Source of the DNA: Balanoglossus misakiensis
Lineage: Eukaryota > Animalia > Hemichordata
Assembly: GCA_040954595.2 (NCBI GenBank)
Contig: CM082577.2
Span: 13,895,903-13,959,902, forward strand
Direction: 5' to 3'
Length of the DNA: 64,000 nt
The notes beneath the pieces were generated by a model. It was not told where the DNA came from. It was given only the letters and a program-made list of their open reading frames with translations, and ran no database searches. The translations under genes were made by a program, and so were the position numbers. Positions 1 through 12,760 of this stretch are shown one piece after another. Each line of letters opens with the position of its first letter. Position 1 is the stretch's first letter.

Positions 1-2267
1 CGTGTTCACACCTTTGGTTATCATCCAGCAAACAGGCAGGCATGGTTTGGCATGTGCCTGGTGAAACACCTCTCCAGGCCATCAATAATGATCGCTCCCT
101 TAGACAGCTTCAGGTTGTGATTATAATGATTGGCATGTAATTCCTTGTATAACCAGTAAACAAGTACAATTTAATTACTGTCTCAGACTTGGGACAATTT
201 ACACGGGCCTATCAATATTCAAATTGCAAGTAAGCTTATATGAAAACGAGGAAACACACCTGGTATTTGAACTAGTGAATTTGGTATTTATCATCCTTGA
301 CGTCATTTCATTATTTTTTTAGATATGTGGGAATATTATTCCGCAAAATACAGAACAATCCGGCTGGAACGAAAGGAGGAAAGTTATAAGGTATGTTAAT
401 TTTGAAATGCAATTTAGAATTTACAATCAAATATGGGATTTCAGTTTTGGGTTTATAAGTTGGTATTTGTTTATTTGTGAATACAATATTACCAAGAATT
501 CTGATCAGTCCTTCGGCTTTTTGGTGAGAACTCTTCTTCTGGTAGTAATTCTGTAACAGATTTGACATTTTACCGCTCTACAGGTGAAAATAACTAGAAG
601 GAAGGGGTTGCTCACTTGTTTGAATTTTGTTGTCTGTATTATGCTGAGCAATGTCTCCAAAATTCTTTTAGTTTGTAAGGTAAATGTATATTAATGTGTA
701 TGAGAGCTATGATCTGAAACCAAATAAGTCATTCATCTTTGAATGCGTTAACAGTTGGTGATAATGACAATGGCCATCTGACATAGAAAAATGATGCCAA
801 TGAATGGTACGGGTAACATGTCGCTAAATGGTTGGCTGGCCAAATCCCATGAGTGGAGGTGACCAGCTCTGCCAGTCAGAATTAAAGGGACAAAGTCTCT
901 CTTTATTGAGCGTTTTTTCATGAATTTACTTTAATATGAAAAGCTGTTTCTGTTGTTTGACAACTTGAAACAAGCTGAAATGTGTGTTCTGGTGAAGTGT
1001 ACTCTACTTGCAGACAGACAAGACTGAACATTCAGTAAAACAGTTTATGGACTTGGTGTATTCCAACATATTCACTGCTGAGTCCACTTTTGTCCATGTA
1101 AACTTAACTGCACAGCAATGCTGCATAATGTCTGTCAAAACTGTGTAACATTATTTCTTCATGTGCCGCGGTTTTTGTTGTGCACTGTTGACTGTGTTAG
1201 ATTAAGGCTTTGGGAATGGAAGTTGTTGCATCATTAGATTTGATCAAAATGCTTTTGGGGGAGAGAACTGCCAACACTCTCTAGAACAATGCTGATAAGA
1301 CTTGTAGCAACCAGCAAATCAGCCAGCATTTTTCTAAATTGGGCTGAAAACTGATTCCTTGAATGGCCATAATGTCATGTCATGTGACCCAGTATACATA
1401 ATGGTTTTGTACTATGCACCACCCTGTTCCCCCCTTATCATTTCTTCAAAATAAAAACTTTGAGCATTTAGGACTTTGATGATTGACACCATGCTGCATT
1501 GCCTGGAAGCATCTTTTATAATCCTTAATGAATAATTTGTCCAAATTCATTCACAGAGAATTAGGTGTAGGAAATTTTCCCAGCGACAGTTGGAAGCAAG
1601 GGACAAAACTGTGACAGCGTTGCGATGCATGGTAAGTGATTTACAACAATTGTAGATAACCTGAAAATGAAGTGTCTTTTCATATCTGTAACCCAGAAAA
1701 AGCCAAACACATTTTGTTCACACATGTCACAAGGACCATGTGCTGTTAAAGCTTGCATATGAATATCCACTTTTTATCTCTACTTGGAGCTTGTTGATCA
1801 CCAGTGGGTGGAGTGTCTGTCCTCCTATGTCTGTCATCCTGCATACAGAGGTTCCGTTCGAATTTATTTTCCTTTGCGTACTTCAATATGCATTCAGAAT
1901 TTACTTTGCATAAATGTTAACAAAATTGCGTAGGCAAATTGAAAGCCTGAATATATAGAACACCGTAGCGGTACATTACTGCAAAGTTTTATCTCTCAAT
2001 GTCGTGTTGCCTGAGTGAAAATTGCTATATTTCTGTGCATGTCTGCATTACTTTTTGCATATTTGCACTGGTGGTGTATGTGTCCTTCATTATCTTTGTT
2101 TAATTATGGTCAGACATTGTGAAATGCGCAGGAGTTTGTATTAACAGAACCACTGAAGATAGGACTTAAATCTTTATGGCCAGGCAATGTAACTGTAGCC
2201 ATATTGTACAGACTTTATATACCAAACCATTTGTTGTCTTACTGATGTATTCTGTCCACGTTTATAA

Positions 2268-3074
2268 GGCTGCATTCACAAACACCTCTGGAGGGGGGGG
2301 GGGGGGGAGGCGGGAGAATTCAAATTTTTTTACCGTTAATTTTCACATGCCCTCCTCAACAACCCGAAATTTTTTCAAATCCCCCCCTTCCGAACTGCTA
2401 AAATTTTCAAATCCCCCCCCCACCCATTTTCTTTCACAGAGCAAAACACATCACCTATCTATCTTGTAAAACAAGAAAAACAGCGCTCCCATGAAAAGAA
2501 TTTGAAACTGATGTACCCCCTCACTGAACATTGTTTTTATTTTTAAGTATTTGTATTCTGTGTTGGGAGACATTGTAAACCGAGAATTGAAGGGGGTGGG
2601 ATTGGGAGGGGGTATCCCCCTCCCACGTAAGAAAATGTTATAAAATACAGAGCTCAAAGCTGCATTTTAATGAACCCGGCAAAAGCAAATTAACTCAACT
2701 ACCGGTATGTTGGGGAGGACAAATTTAACCACGCCGCTCAAAGTTATCATGGGGTGGGGGCAAATCCCCTGACCTGGGACACTAGATAAACCAGGCAATG
2801 ATTGAAAGGTGCTGATGAATGGAGGGGGTGGGTGTGGGAGGGGGTGTCCCCCTCCCACATTAGAAAATTTTGTAAAATAAAGGGCGCGAAACTGCATTTT
2901 TGTGGACTCAAAATAAATATTTAGTCGTCAAAGTTTTCATGTCCCCCTCTTTCAGTCCCTAAATTATTTCAAATCCCCCCCTTACATACCCTCAGTTTTT
3001 TCAAATCCCCCCCCCTCAATTCTCCTGCCCCCCCCCCCCCCCCCCCCCCTCCAGAGGTGTTTGTGAATGCAGCC
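2268..3074. mobile_element. Non-autonomous TIR element (MITE), PIF/Harbinger-like
   Basis: TIRs GGCTGCATTCACAAACACCTCTGGAGGG... and ...CCCTCCAGAGGTGTTTGTGAATGCAGCC; TAA on both flanks (2265-2267, 3075-3077); no ORF. Confidence 0.85.
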
Positions 3075-4154
3075 TAAGCATCGTTCAATCAGATTCTGCA
3101 TTGATGGAAACAAAATAATATGTGCTACATTCTGGCAAATGGGGATATAGATAATACTTGTATGAATTTACGAGTGCATGAGAAGGCTATCTGTGGCATG
3201 GGTGTACAGTGGGATCGTGTTACATATATTCATGGGCATTCAAATACACGACAGCGCCCTCTAGCGGTTGCATATGTAGATGTCAAATTCGAACAACATA
3301 ACGGAATATTAGTATTGTTTAAAAGCAAAATTTTGGCATTGTAAAAAAACACAATGTACAAAATCATGTAGTAACGACAAGTTCTGCCAGCATACTTGCC
3401 TGTCATCTGCAGAAGGATAGGCATCAACTATTTGTGGTCCCTTAAAATGTGCTAATCTTGGGTTTTATAATGAACCTTGATTCGTCCTTTTATATGCAGT
3501 AAATGTCTCCTTACTAAAATAGCATGACATTGACAGTTTTCAACATTTTAGTTTCAAGGATGTGCTAATTCTATTTTTTGTATAATTTGAACTAGGCCGT
3601 GGATCCTCTAGAAGATCTTCCAGAAAAGCCCAATGTAAGTAGTTTTGATTGTTCTGACCTCTTATAGTCATGTGTGCTTTCATACAATATTTAAAGGGAA
3701 GTGGTCGTCCCACCGTGTTGGTGTCCCCCTTGATGAGAATATGTCCTCCCATACCAGAGCAAAACCCCACTGCAGTCGCCACGACCTACAAGGATCTTCA
3801 GTTGCTGTCATGCCCAGTCTACTTTAGGGTTGGCTGCTTCCTTCATTCTAAGCATTATCTAATTTCAGGGATTTGTGGATGAACTGTAATGTTTATAAAC
3901 AAACAAACGCGGCGAGACGACCCCTTCACTTTAAAAAATATTATGCAAAATTTGGGTTTCTTGTTGACCGCATGCATAATACACATGTGCACATTTTTAT
4001 GTACATGTACATGCATGTACTTGAACCAGTATGTATGTAGCACAACATGATATGTCTATAACACTTGCAAATGAGAGAACTTATAGAGCAAACAGCCAAC
4101 TTAAATACACCCTTGCACAGTATTGGTATTTGTGTCTGTGTGTGCCGTTATATG

Positions 4155-4586
4155 CATTCTCACACTCCTGGCAGCTGGGAGTGTGGGATTGAGAGTGTGG
4201 AATTAATAAAATGTCACACTCTCAAGCACCTGGGATCGTATTTCTCACATAAGTTGGGGATTTTTTGTCCCATACGAGCTGCGGCTTGTGTGGGACAAAA
4301 TATCCCTGACGAATGTGAGAAATAGGATCCCACGCCGTTGATGTGTGACATTCTATTTCTCACACGACAAAAAATAGCCAAATTCGCATTAGAAACATTG
4401 AATACTTGACTGTAAATGTCGTCTCGTACATTGTAGTTTTCTGTCAATGTATTACACTTCGCGCAATTGGATAACATTTATCACCTGTTACTACAAAACC
4501 TTTTGTCATCCAATCAGCGCTCACGTCATATAGAGCTTTGGAGTGTGCGAGAGTTTGGGATAAATCGATCGCACACTCCCAGCAGC
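4155..4586. mobile_element. Non-autonomous Crypton-related element
   Basis: Degenerate copy of the hairpin at 10461-10605 (CCTGGGATCGTATTTCTCACA...GGGACAAAA...TGTGAGAAATA). Its left end matches the reverse complement of the Crypton right end (12697-12760). Its right part (CCAATCAG.GCTC.CGTCA, CACACTCCCAGC) matches 12645-12745. Confidence 0.8.
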
Positions 4587-4963
4587 ACTTGCACTTGTCA
4601 ATGATACTGGGCCAATTTCAATGATATCTCACTCCACATTGGCAGTGAGTGTATCATGGTCACTGTGTGTGCATGGCAAGCCGTGAATTGAACATCTTAC
4701 TCAACTCATTTTTTGGGGTTAAATGAATATTTCCCCACGTCAAATACCTGCGATTACAATATGCCCTCTGTGTATGTACACTGTATGTACATGTATGCGT
4801 ATTTATTTGTATATGTACAAGTATGTATGTGTGTAGGCAAGTAAGTGTGTGTTTTGGTTTGTGTCTATGTCTTTGTTCTCTACAAAGAACTTTAAATATG
4901 TATAAGATCTGTATTTGGTATAGAGGTGCATTATCACTTATCAGGTATATTTTCTCTTTCCAG

Positions 4964-7323
4964 CTCTATGAGGTTTACCGGTACTGGTCGTTCTTGCTAA
5001 TGATCGCAGTTGCTGTAGCAGTGGTGTGTTGTGTTTTTGTAAGTATAGGTACATTAAATTGTTATGGCAATTTGTGTATGTATCTAATATATGTATGTAT
5101 GTTTGTGTATGTATGTATGCATGCATGCATGGAGGGATGGATGGATTTACGTCTGTATGTCCGTCCACATCAAAAACTTGACAACTGCTGCACATATCTC
5201 CTCGATATTTGGTGTGTAGATGCATGCTCTGCTGTGGGCAGGAATTTTTTCAAACAAAGTTGTCATTGCCAAAAAATATGCAAATTAGCTGGAAAATGTG
5301 AAATTGGTCAAAACTCAGAATCTCTACAACCACAGGTTAGATCGATTTGAAAATTGGTATGCATGTACCTCTAACAGTCCAGTTGTTTTGAGCTAATGAA
5401 ATTTCCATTTTTACAGATTTTTTGTCTTATTTTATATTATTGGTAAACAACCTTTTTTTTGCAAGTGATCAGTGGACTTCCTTGAAATTTTGTATGAAGC
5501 TTCCTAGAGGTGATATGAGTTACCATAGCTTTGTTCGAATTGTTGAAAAATTTGTATACTTATAATTTTGGTGCTATTTTTGCAAATTTTGGTCAAACAT
5601 TCTTTTCTCTAAAACCCTTTGTCAGACTGCTTTGAACTTTTGTAGGCATATTTATAGGGGTACCCAGGCAAGGTGTAATTTTTTTGATAAAATTTGTATA
5701 TTTGTGTTATTGGGGAAAGTTTTGAAAAATTTGTCAAAAATGGTTTTCTTTGAAACCACTTGTCAGATTGAAGTTAATATAGTTGAGTTGACAGTCCTAT
5801 GTGCTCATTGGTGAACCTACACATGTTCTTTCCCATGAAGTTGTTTTGCTGATTTGCATTCATGTGGGCCGCTAGAACTATTTCAACTTAGTTGCCAAAA
5901 TGGCAGTGTTGGGCAACTCTAATAATTAAAAATGGCCACCGTACACCTCTAAAATTAATATATTGGTACCTAAAACAAGTTCAACTTGGTTGATATGGTA
6001 ATACTAGACAACTCTTCTAATTTGCCTTTCAAAATGGCCGCCAAACACCTCCTGGATAATTTAACTTTGGCCTTCTTGTCCCACAATTATGTGTAAAATT
6101 GTGTTGGCTTAAATGGCTTGTCAGATTGCTTTAAAATTTGATTTTTTTTTGTAATTTTCTTTGTTTTTGTCAGCAAATCTCCAAAACCATTTTTTGTGTT
6201 CCTCGGACAGTTAGGTTGGTGACTCTCTACTGAGAATGTACATTACATGTTTACATCACTTCATCAGCTGTTACACTGTCTGAATGAATCTTGTGTGGTG
6301 CATCTGACTTTGACTGTACCTGTGTGCGAATGTTGGAGGCAGTCATCTTGGGCATGGCTGGACAGAATTTTGTGCAAGATGGCAGCCAGTACCTGACCCT
6401 TTCCTTTTAGCTGCAGCCAGCAGTGGATATGGGGGCAGGGGACAAGACTACTGGATGCATTTCTTCTATAGGCAAAATTTTAAACTTTCTTTTGCTTTTT
6501 CCTCAGGTTCTTCCCATGGGTCACCATGAACAAGACACTAAATTAATCGCAAATTGGCAATCACAGAAACAGATACTCCTAAAGCAACAGGAAGATTTAC
6601 ACAATAAACTAGATTGGCTGGACCAACAACAGGAGCTCTTGAAGCATTTCACTGCGCTAGAAAACATATACATGAGCTTGCAGCAGGAGACAAGGTAGGT
6701 GTAAATAGCAATAGCCCCCCCCCCCCCCCAGCCCCCGGTATGTACACTCAAAAGGAACGACGTGGTCTCAGAGTTTTTGTGCCAACCAAAATTAAACAGT
6801 CTAATTATGTTGTAGCAATTTTGTCCACAGTCAAATTGTTAAAAGGAATTACAGCAGTGAACATGCGTTGAGTGCATCGACAGAGTTGCATCACCCAGGA
6901 AAATATGGATGAAGGCATCAAAATGCACCCAAACGACACCCCGGGTCTGACTGCAAATCGCCCCAACCAAAATTTGTATAAATTGTGTCCATATAAATGA
7001 AAATTGGGTCCACCAAAATTGATTATAGTAGTCTGCAAATATTGTAGTAGTTCTGACCCGGAATTTGAATTGTTGTTGGCGTGTAGGGGCCAGCCAATAC
7101 AGTCCACTGCATTTTCTCCTCATGAGTCTTGTGCGTACTATCAACTATCTCTAATGTTGTGCTGTCTTGGGTTTCTTTCAGCTGGGATGAGCTGCTCGGC
7201 TCAACAGAAGCCAGACAGAAATACCTTAACAATTTCCACCAGATGGAAGCAGTCTTATCAGATTTCTCACAGAAAGCACAAATTTTAAAAATGTGGCTGA
7301 AAAATCTTGATCCAGAACGCTGA
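4964..7323 (+). CDS. Putative spliced gene fragment, exons 4964-5038, 6507-6694, 7182-7323: TM helix plus coiled-coil-like region, unknown product
   Basis: Each exon has a polypyrimidine-AG acceptor; the first two end in GT donors (GTAAGT, GTAGGT). Phases join (0, then 2) into LYEVYRYWSFLLMIAVAVAVVCCVF|VLPMGHHEQ...LQQET|SWDELLGS...LDPER*. 5' exons not established (3669-3828 is a candidate). Confidence 0.5.
5090..5780 (+). mobile_element. Fragment of the same HINE/Helentron-like repeat family as 51926-54636
   Basis: (TATG)n followed by GTCTGTATGTCCGTCCACATCAAAAACTTGA...CTCGATATTTGGTGTGTAGATG...GTTGTCATTGCCAAAAA, collinear with 52005-52330. Boundaries approximate. Confidence 0.7.
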
Positions 7324-7396
7324 AAGGTATGGTGAATCTTGACCCCTGTGTGACCTTTACATCCTGCCACTTTGTTGGTATGATTTAACTATTCAG

Positions 7397-7543
7397 CTGG
7401 GATGAGCTGCGCGACTCGCAAGAAGCCAAGAACCGTTACCTACAGAAATTTTACCAGATGGAGGAGATCCTGAACACATTTGCTATGAAGACCAGACTTT
7501 TAAAACCTGGTTAAAAAATATTGCCATTGACCCGGAACGGTGA
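7397..7543 (+). pseudogene. Tandem paralogous copy of the terminal exon 7182-7323, with a frameshift near its end
   Basis: Same acceptor context TTCAG|CTGGGATGAGCTGC. Reads WDELRDSQEAKNRYLQKFYQMEEIL..., then WLKNIAIDPER* in a shifted frame. Confidence 0.6.
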
Positions 7544-8684
7544 AATATATGATTTAACTATTTTGAGTTCAAACTCTGGATCAATCAACCTTACTTACTG
7601 TAAATCATCCTAAAACAACATTTTTGAATATTGTCTTTGAGGATTGCGGAGCAATATAACGACCAAAAATAATGTGATCCATCTATAAATCACTCCACAA
7701 CCATATGCAGCTACTGATTTTTCGGTTTTAGCTACTTTACAGTTCCCAACACTAAGAAAGCATTTTTCCTGACTCCTGTGGTTTCAATGATGAATATTAG
7801 CCAGCATAATAATTATAGGTGGAGTTACACGACGTAACTGGACGCACAACCTGAGTTGCTCTGTGAGTTGCCTGATGACAGGGCAAACATTATCAGTTTG
7901 CCTCAAATAAACTTTGACATCTGCACTGCATATAATTAATTTATTTTCTGAACCGAGAACTAGCTGTAGACTCCGGAAAAATATTGGCGAAATTGTTTTT
8001 GACCAAAAATTGTCTGTATAAATACATAAGAAAACCAACTTCTTTCAGTCAGCCCTGGAACAGAGGATGTTATTGGTCATTACTGCAAGTTTCTGCTCAT
8101 TACTGTTCGCGACATATTTTACAAACACCCAGAAGTCAATTAGAATGGCACAAAATATCAAGTCCATGAAAATTGAGCCTGAATTGTTGTCATGTAGGCT
8201 GCATATACCGTAGTACAACTTGATGGACTCTTATAATTACATTACCTGGCCTGTGTACTGCAAAGACACTGCCTGGAGTTATAAAGGGTGTTTGATCGCA
8301 GAAGTTGTTTTTGTGTCACATGCAGTCGAAATTACTCCTCATTTCACTCCACCACCCATAGCTCATCACTTATTTTCCTGTGCAACATCTGTTTGCTTTT
8401 TTCAGATCCACCAGAAACTACCCGTAGTTGCACGATAGAGTCTCTCACAGCCCACGGTTCTCTACAAGGCTCTTCACTGACGCGACCTCAACCATTCAGC
8501 GAAGGAGAAGCCCCAATTATGGTGTTGTGTAGTGAACCTATGCCAGTGATGATCCTGATCTCATATGAAGCTACGGCTTGCCATGCGGTAGATTTGTACA
8601 TATTTTTTGTAAATTTAGTTTTATTTAAGTGTGCACATCTGCATTTTTGTTAGTTGTAGTTATAATATAGTTATTTAGTTATTT

Positions 8685-8727
8685 CTGTTTGTTTGTTTGT
8701 TTGTTTGTTTGTTTGTTTGTTTGTTTG
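8685..8727. repeat. (GTTT)n microsatellite
   Basis: Direct read. Confidence 0.95.
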
Positions 8728-8774
8728 TGTGGTTGTTTGGTGTAACTGTGTGTGTCTTTCTCTCAAAGTGTAGG

Positions 8775-8965
8775 GTACCTCTATATAATACCACGGTCAC
8801 ACTGATAAAAATTTCAAACGTTTCAGAGACACTATTTGCCTTTTGTAAACACAGAGCAGTAATCCTTCGAGTCCTTTGTGTCCACACACATTTAGTTTAT
8901 GTATAGGCGCTGAGGCTCGGGCCCCATAGACAATGGGTTGTGGAAAGGTGTTAATCCTTACATCA
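8775..8965 (+). repeat. Dispersed repeat, second copy at ~27015-27190
   Basis: Shared AGAGACACTATTTGCCT..GTAAACACAGAGCA.TAATCCTT...CCCATAGACAATGGGTT.TGGA.AGGTGTTA.TCCTTACA. Confidence 0.75.
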
Positions 8966-10445
8966 GGTCTGGTTGCCAAAGCCATCTCAAAATTGATAAC
9001 CAGTGATTCAAATTGCCCATTTGACATCAAACCTTCAATATTCAGAAAAGATGTCAATTTTCTGTGATTTACAATTATTGTTTTCATAATGTACAGAAAA
9101 GTTTACATTGGATCACTTAATCATTCAGCCATTCATTTTCTTTGATTTTGAATATATCTAGTTTTGTTTACACTTCCCTGACTGGGTGCTTTACGATGAA
9201 ATATTCACTTGACGTCAGGGGTACCATGTGCAGATGTCCTCTACCTAGCTTGGAGTAGGAAATCTTGAGCATTCAGAAAAGAAATTCTCTGCATTCAGAA
9301 ATTTTTTTTCTCTGTCATTCAATTTTGATTATGAAAATATCTAATTTGCTTACACATGGTTCCATGACTGTGTGTTTTACGATACACGTTTTCATTGATT
9401 TGTTTCACAATATAATCTAATGTGGCTGTTGGTCCATATTGGATGGTATTGTGACGTGTTGTTTGCAGTGAGGTTTGATACAGCTCCCAGCAGATGCCCC
9501 TTTGTGTGAATTTCTTCACGTCGTCGCCAATTTGTCACTTTTGTGGGTTATTTGTTTGGTGTTATGATTTCGCCCCTCTAACTGTCGATTCAGTAGAGAC
9601 AGTGTCATTGACAATGGATTGCCATACATAACTTGACGAGGAGAGTCCATGGAAAATCAGTTTTATTCAAGAACTAGAATAATTGGTGACTTGGAAGACT
9701 AAATCTTAGAATTTGTAATAATAACTGTTGACCCTTTGATACAACGTGTCAGTTAAGAATTTGGAGTCGCTTACAGATATAAATTCAGAAAATGTGGACC
9801 ATGAAATTGAGAGTTTGTCCGTACAATGATTGGAAGTCTTTCATGTTCTAAACACATGCGCAAATTATAGAACATACGTAAGACAGTATGTTGTACGACA
9901 TCTTTGGAGAACATATAAACAGAGTATACTGCTTTGTATTGCCTTGTTAGCCTTTGTGTAAATTACCCTTGTGCTTCTTATACTTGTGTCAAACATTTTG
10001 CAACAGCCACACCCATAGTGGGTGTGTGGTTTGGGTGTCACTTCTTCTTTCATACTCCTATGGCCCATGTGTCCTGACTTCAATATTGCAGAATCTTGTC
10101 TTAGAAATGCGGGTTTATGAGTGGATCGAGCCATCGGCCCAGCTGTAATATAATATGCACCCTTGTTCACTTAGCATTGGTTTGAATTTGCAGATTATAA
10201 CTGCTGTCTTGAAATCTAGCAGTATTACTTGAGTGAGGTTAGCAGCATTGTGCTGAGCACACTTGTTCAGTAACTCTTAGAGTCTCATAAGTGAATTATA
10301 TTGCTCTGTAGTGGAATATTTCAGATTTCCCGCTCCAACAGAAAAAGAAGGTATTCAGACCATCACTATTTTTTCTGACTGAAGAGGTGAATGGCTGATC
10401 TGTAACAGACATGCTCTATCACTCTGCAGACTTCTGCGCCTATGC

Positions 10446-12760
10446 TTCTGGGATTAATAGAATCTCACACTCCCAAGGACCTGGGATCGTATTTCTCACA
10501 CGAGTTGGGGATTTTTTGTCCCACACGAGCCGCAGGCGAGTGCGGGACAAAAAATCCCCGACGAGTGTGAGAAATACGATCCCAGGTCCTTGGGAGTGTG
10601 AGATTATTTTTCTCACACGACCAGAAATTTGCGATATTAACGTTTTTATTTCCAATCGAAGAACAAAATCAATAAAATACCCACTGATCACTGCATGAAC
10701 GCTCATATATTGATCCGCCCCGCAAAACATAGTCCCCATTTCAACACAAGTATAACACCCATTCTACAAAACGTACTCATAACACATAAAATAGGTTAAT
10801 AAATATTTTAATTAACAATAACGTGTGCATCAAATAGATCGATGTCCATTGTACACTGAAAAGCAACCTGTGTCATTTCTCGAAATCGAAATTCTCAGAA
10901 TAGATCGAGATAACAATAACAAAGTCAACGGTCACATTGTACTAAATGTACATGTAGGTATACTACTGACTATTTTCACTTTCTGTGTCGGAATAAATCA
11001 CACACCTTCGTTTGCGTGGGGGTTCCTGAATGTTACAGGTAATATTGAATGTACCACCGGTTATAGTACATTTATCGAATAATGAAGAAGAGGTGGCAAC
11101 GTGAGAACTTGAGGAATTTTGTGTACATGACGTGGATATCTCGCTTGAACGGGATTGTTGAAGAGTCACGTAGGGTAATGCTGACGACGAGGGCTGAACT
11201 ACGCTGCTCGGGGGTTCACAACGAGATGTGTCTGTCAATATATGTGACATGGCATATTGCTGTTTATCAGATAACTTGCTGTAGTTATTGACTGACTGCA
11301 CGTTTCTATGGGCACTTTTCTGCATTATATGCGTTGGTGGCACGTTGTTGTCGTTCAGTTTCTGGAGCAAGTATTTCCTGGCACTTGTATTGGTGATGCG
11401 TTTTCCGCGACCAGATAATCCACTCTCTTCGGCCATGTTTTTCATTATTTGGGCAATCGTATTCGGGCCCATTGCTTGACGCTTGAACCAAACTATATCA
11501 GACGGCTTGGAATTTGTCCTGATGGCTAAGTAGAATGGAGTGTCTGGGCCCAGAAAATCAGCGTGTCGCTTTGATGCGTACAACTTGTAAAGAGAAACGG
11601 GGCATTTGTTTTTGTCATTGACGAACGAATACATTTGTGGCTTTACAGGGCGGACATCGCTCACATTTTCGCCAGTTCTAGTCTTAGTCTGGTGCTCAGT
11701 TGTCATTTCAATGAATTCTCTGCCATCAGCATCTCGTTTAAGTTTAACATCGCCCCAACACAACGACCTATGTTCTTTAACTGCCCTCATTCCAAAATGC
11801 AACATGTTGTTAAGCCAAAGTGTATTTATGACCGAATGAGGTGTATGGCCGCCGAGTTGCCCATCAGCATACAGCTTATTTACATCGTCATCAGTCAGGG
11901 TATCGGCTTTGAATGGTAGATTCCCCTTACCGTGTTTTCGGAGGTTTTTCTGTTTCGCTTTCAATTTTTCTCGTGAAGAGAAAAAATCGACACTTGTCAC
12001 CAACGATACTCCATATTTGGCCCAGCGGAGATGTCTTTCTAAACTACTAAACATCCCTTGTAGAGAGGATGGTTCGTAGTCAGAACCATCCTCCTTCCGA
12101 ACAACACACAGAAAATTTCCAACGAAGGGGTCGAGCTCGCTCGGCGGAATATCAGAAATGTCGCGATGTTCGCCAAGTTCGGTCAGGTACTGTTTGAATA
12201 GCGTTACATGATATTTAGTCTTTCGTACCGTGTCACTATTCTGCTGATCGTCTACGAAATGGTCAATATCGGTAGACGACAATGCAGCAAATCTAGAATG
12301 TTTCGGGGTCGACGAACCTTCAGCTAATGGTACGGGCGGTGCCGCATCTGGCTCGAACTCAGCGGCGAGCTTCACTGCTGAAACCTCAACTTCAGCTCCA
12401 GACAAGACATCCATCAGGACAAACTGGCGATATGTTCCCAATGGCCTAATTATGCGGGATATCTGGAAAATACGGCCGTTTTTCGCGAGTCTGTCACCAA
12501 CCACGTACACCATTATCCGAAGGTAACACAAATTGCACAACTGTCGTCTGCACATGACCTGATCACATTGTAGTTCCGGTTCGTGTACAACACGTCACAC
12601 AATTGGATGATATTTGCTCGTTCTGAGGGGTACGAATATCGTTATCCAATCAGAGCTCGCGTCAGATAACAGGTGTCTGTGTGCGCATTAACACAGAGTG
12701 TGGGATCGATTTGATCCCACACTCTCTATCCCACACTCCCAGCGGCCATGAGTGTGAGAA
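10446..12760 (-). mobile_element. Crypton (tyrosine-recombinase DNA transposon)
   Basis: Single YR ORF flanked by CACACTC/GAGTGTG-rich palindromic ends; related non-autonomous copy at 4155-4586. Exact termini uncertain. Confidence 0.85.
10963..12513 (-). CDS. Crypton tyrosine recombinase (DUF3504 / KCTD1-ZMYM-related family)
   Basis: Intact ORF; start taken at ATG 12513 (the ORF track starts at 12555). Motifs VRKEDGSDYEPSSL, HFGMRAVKEHRSLCWGD, TKTRTG, CPVSLYKLY, ITNTSARK, HRNVQSVNNYS. Confidence 0.9.
   Translation of the reverse strand: MVYVVGDRLAKNGRIFQISRIIRPLGTYRQFVLMDVLSGAEVEVSAVKLAAEFEPDAAPPVPLAEGSSTPKHSRFAALSSTDIDHFVDDQQNSDTVRKTKYHVTLFKQYLTELGEHRDISDIPPSELDPFVGNFLCVVRKEDGSDYEPSSLQGMFSSLERHLRWAKYGVSLVTSVDFFSSREKLKAKQKNLRKHGKGNLPFKADTLTDDDVNKLYADGQLGGHTPHSVINTLWLNNMLHFGMRAVKEHRSLCWGDVKLKRDADGREFIEMTTEHQTKTRTGENVSDVRPVKPQMYSFVNDKNKCPVSLYKLYASKRHADFLGPDTPFYLAIRTNSKPSDIVWFKRQAMGPNTIAQIMKNMAEESGLSGRGKRITNTSARKYLLQKLNDNNVPPTHIMQKSAHRNVQSVNNYSKLSDKQQYAMSHILTDTSRCEPPSSVVQPSSSALPYVTLQQSRSSEISTSCTQNSSSSHVATSSSLFDKCTITGGTFNITCNIQEPPRKRRCVIYSDTESENSQ

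Noticed and set aside
882-1480. TTAAAGGGACAAAGTC as a Kolobok-like left end
   Set aside because: No matching right TIR found.
10411-10739. Overlapping ORFs with near-identical translations on both strands
   Set aside because: Artefact of the 145-bp palindrome.
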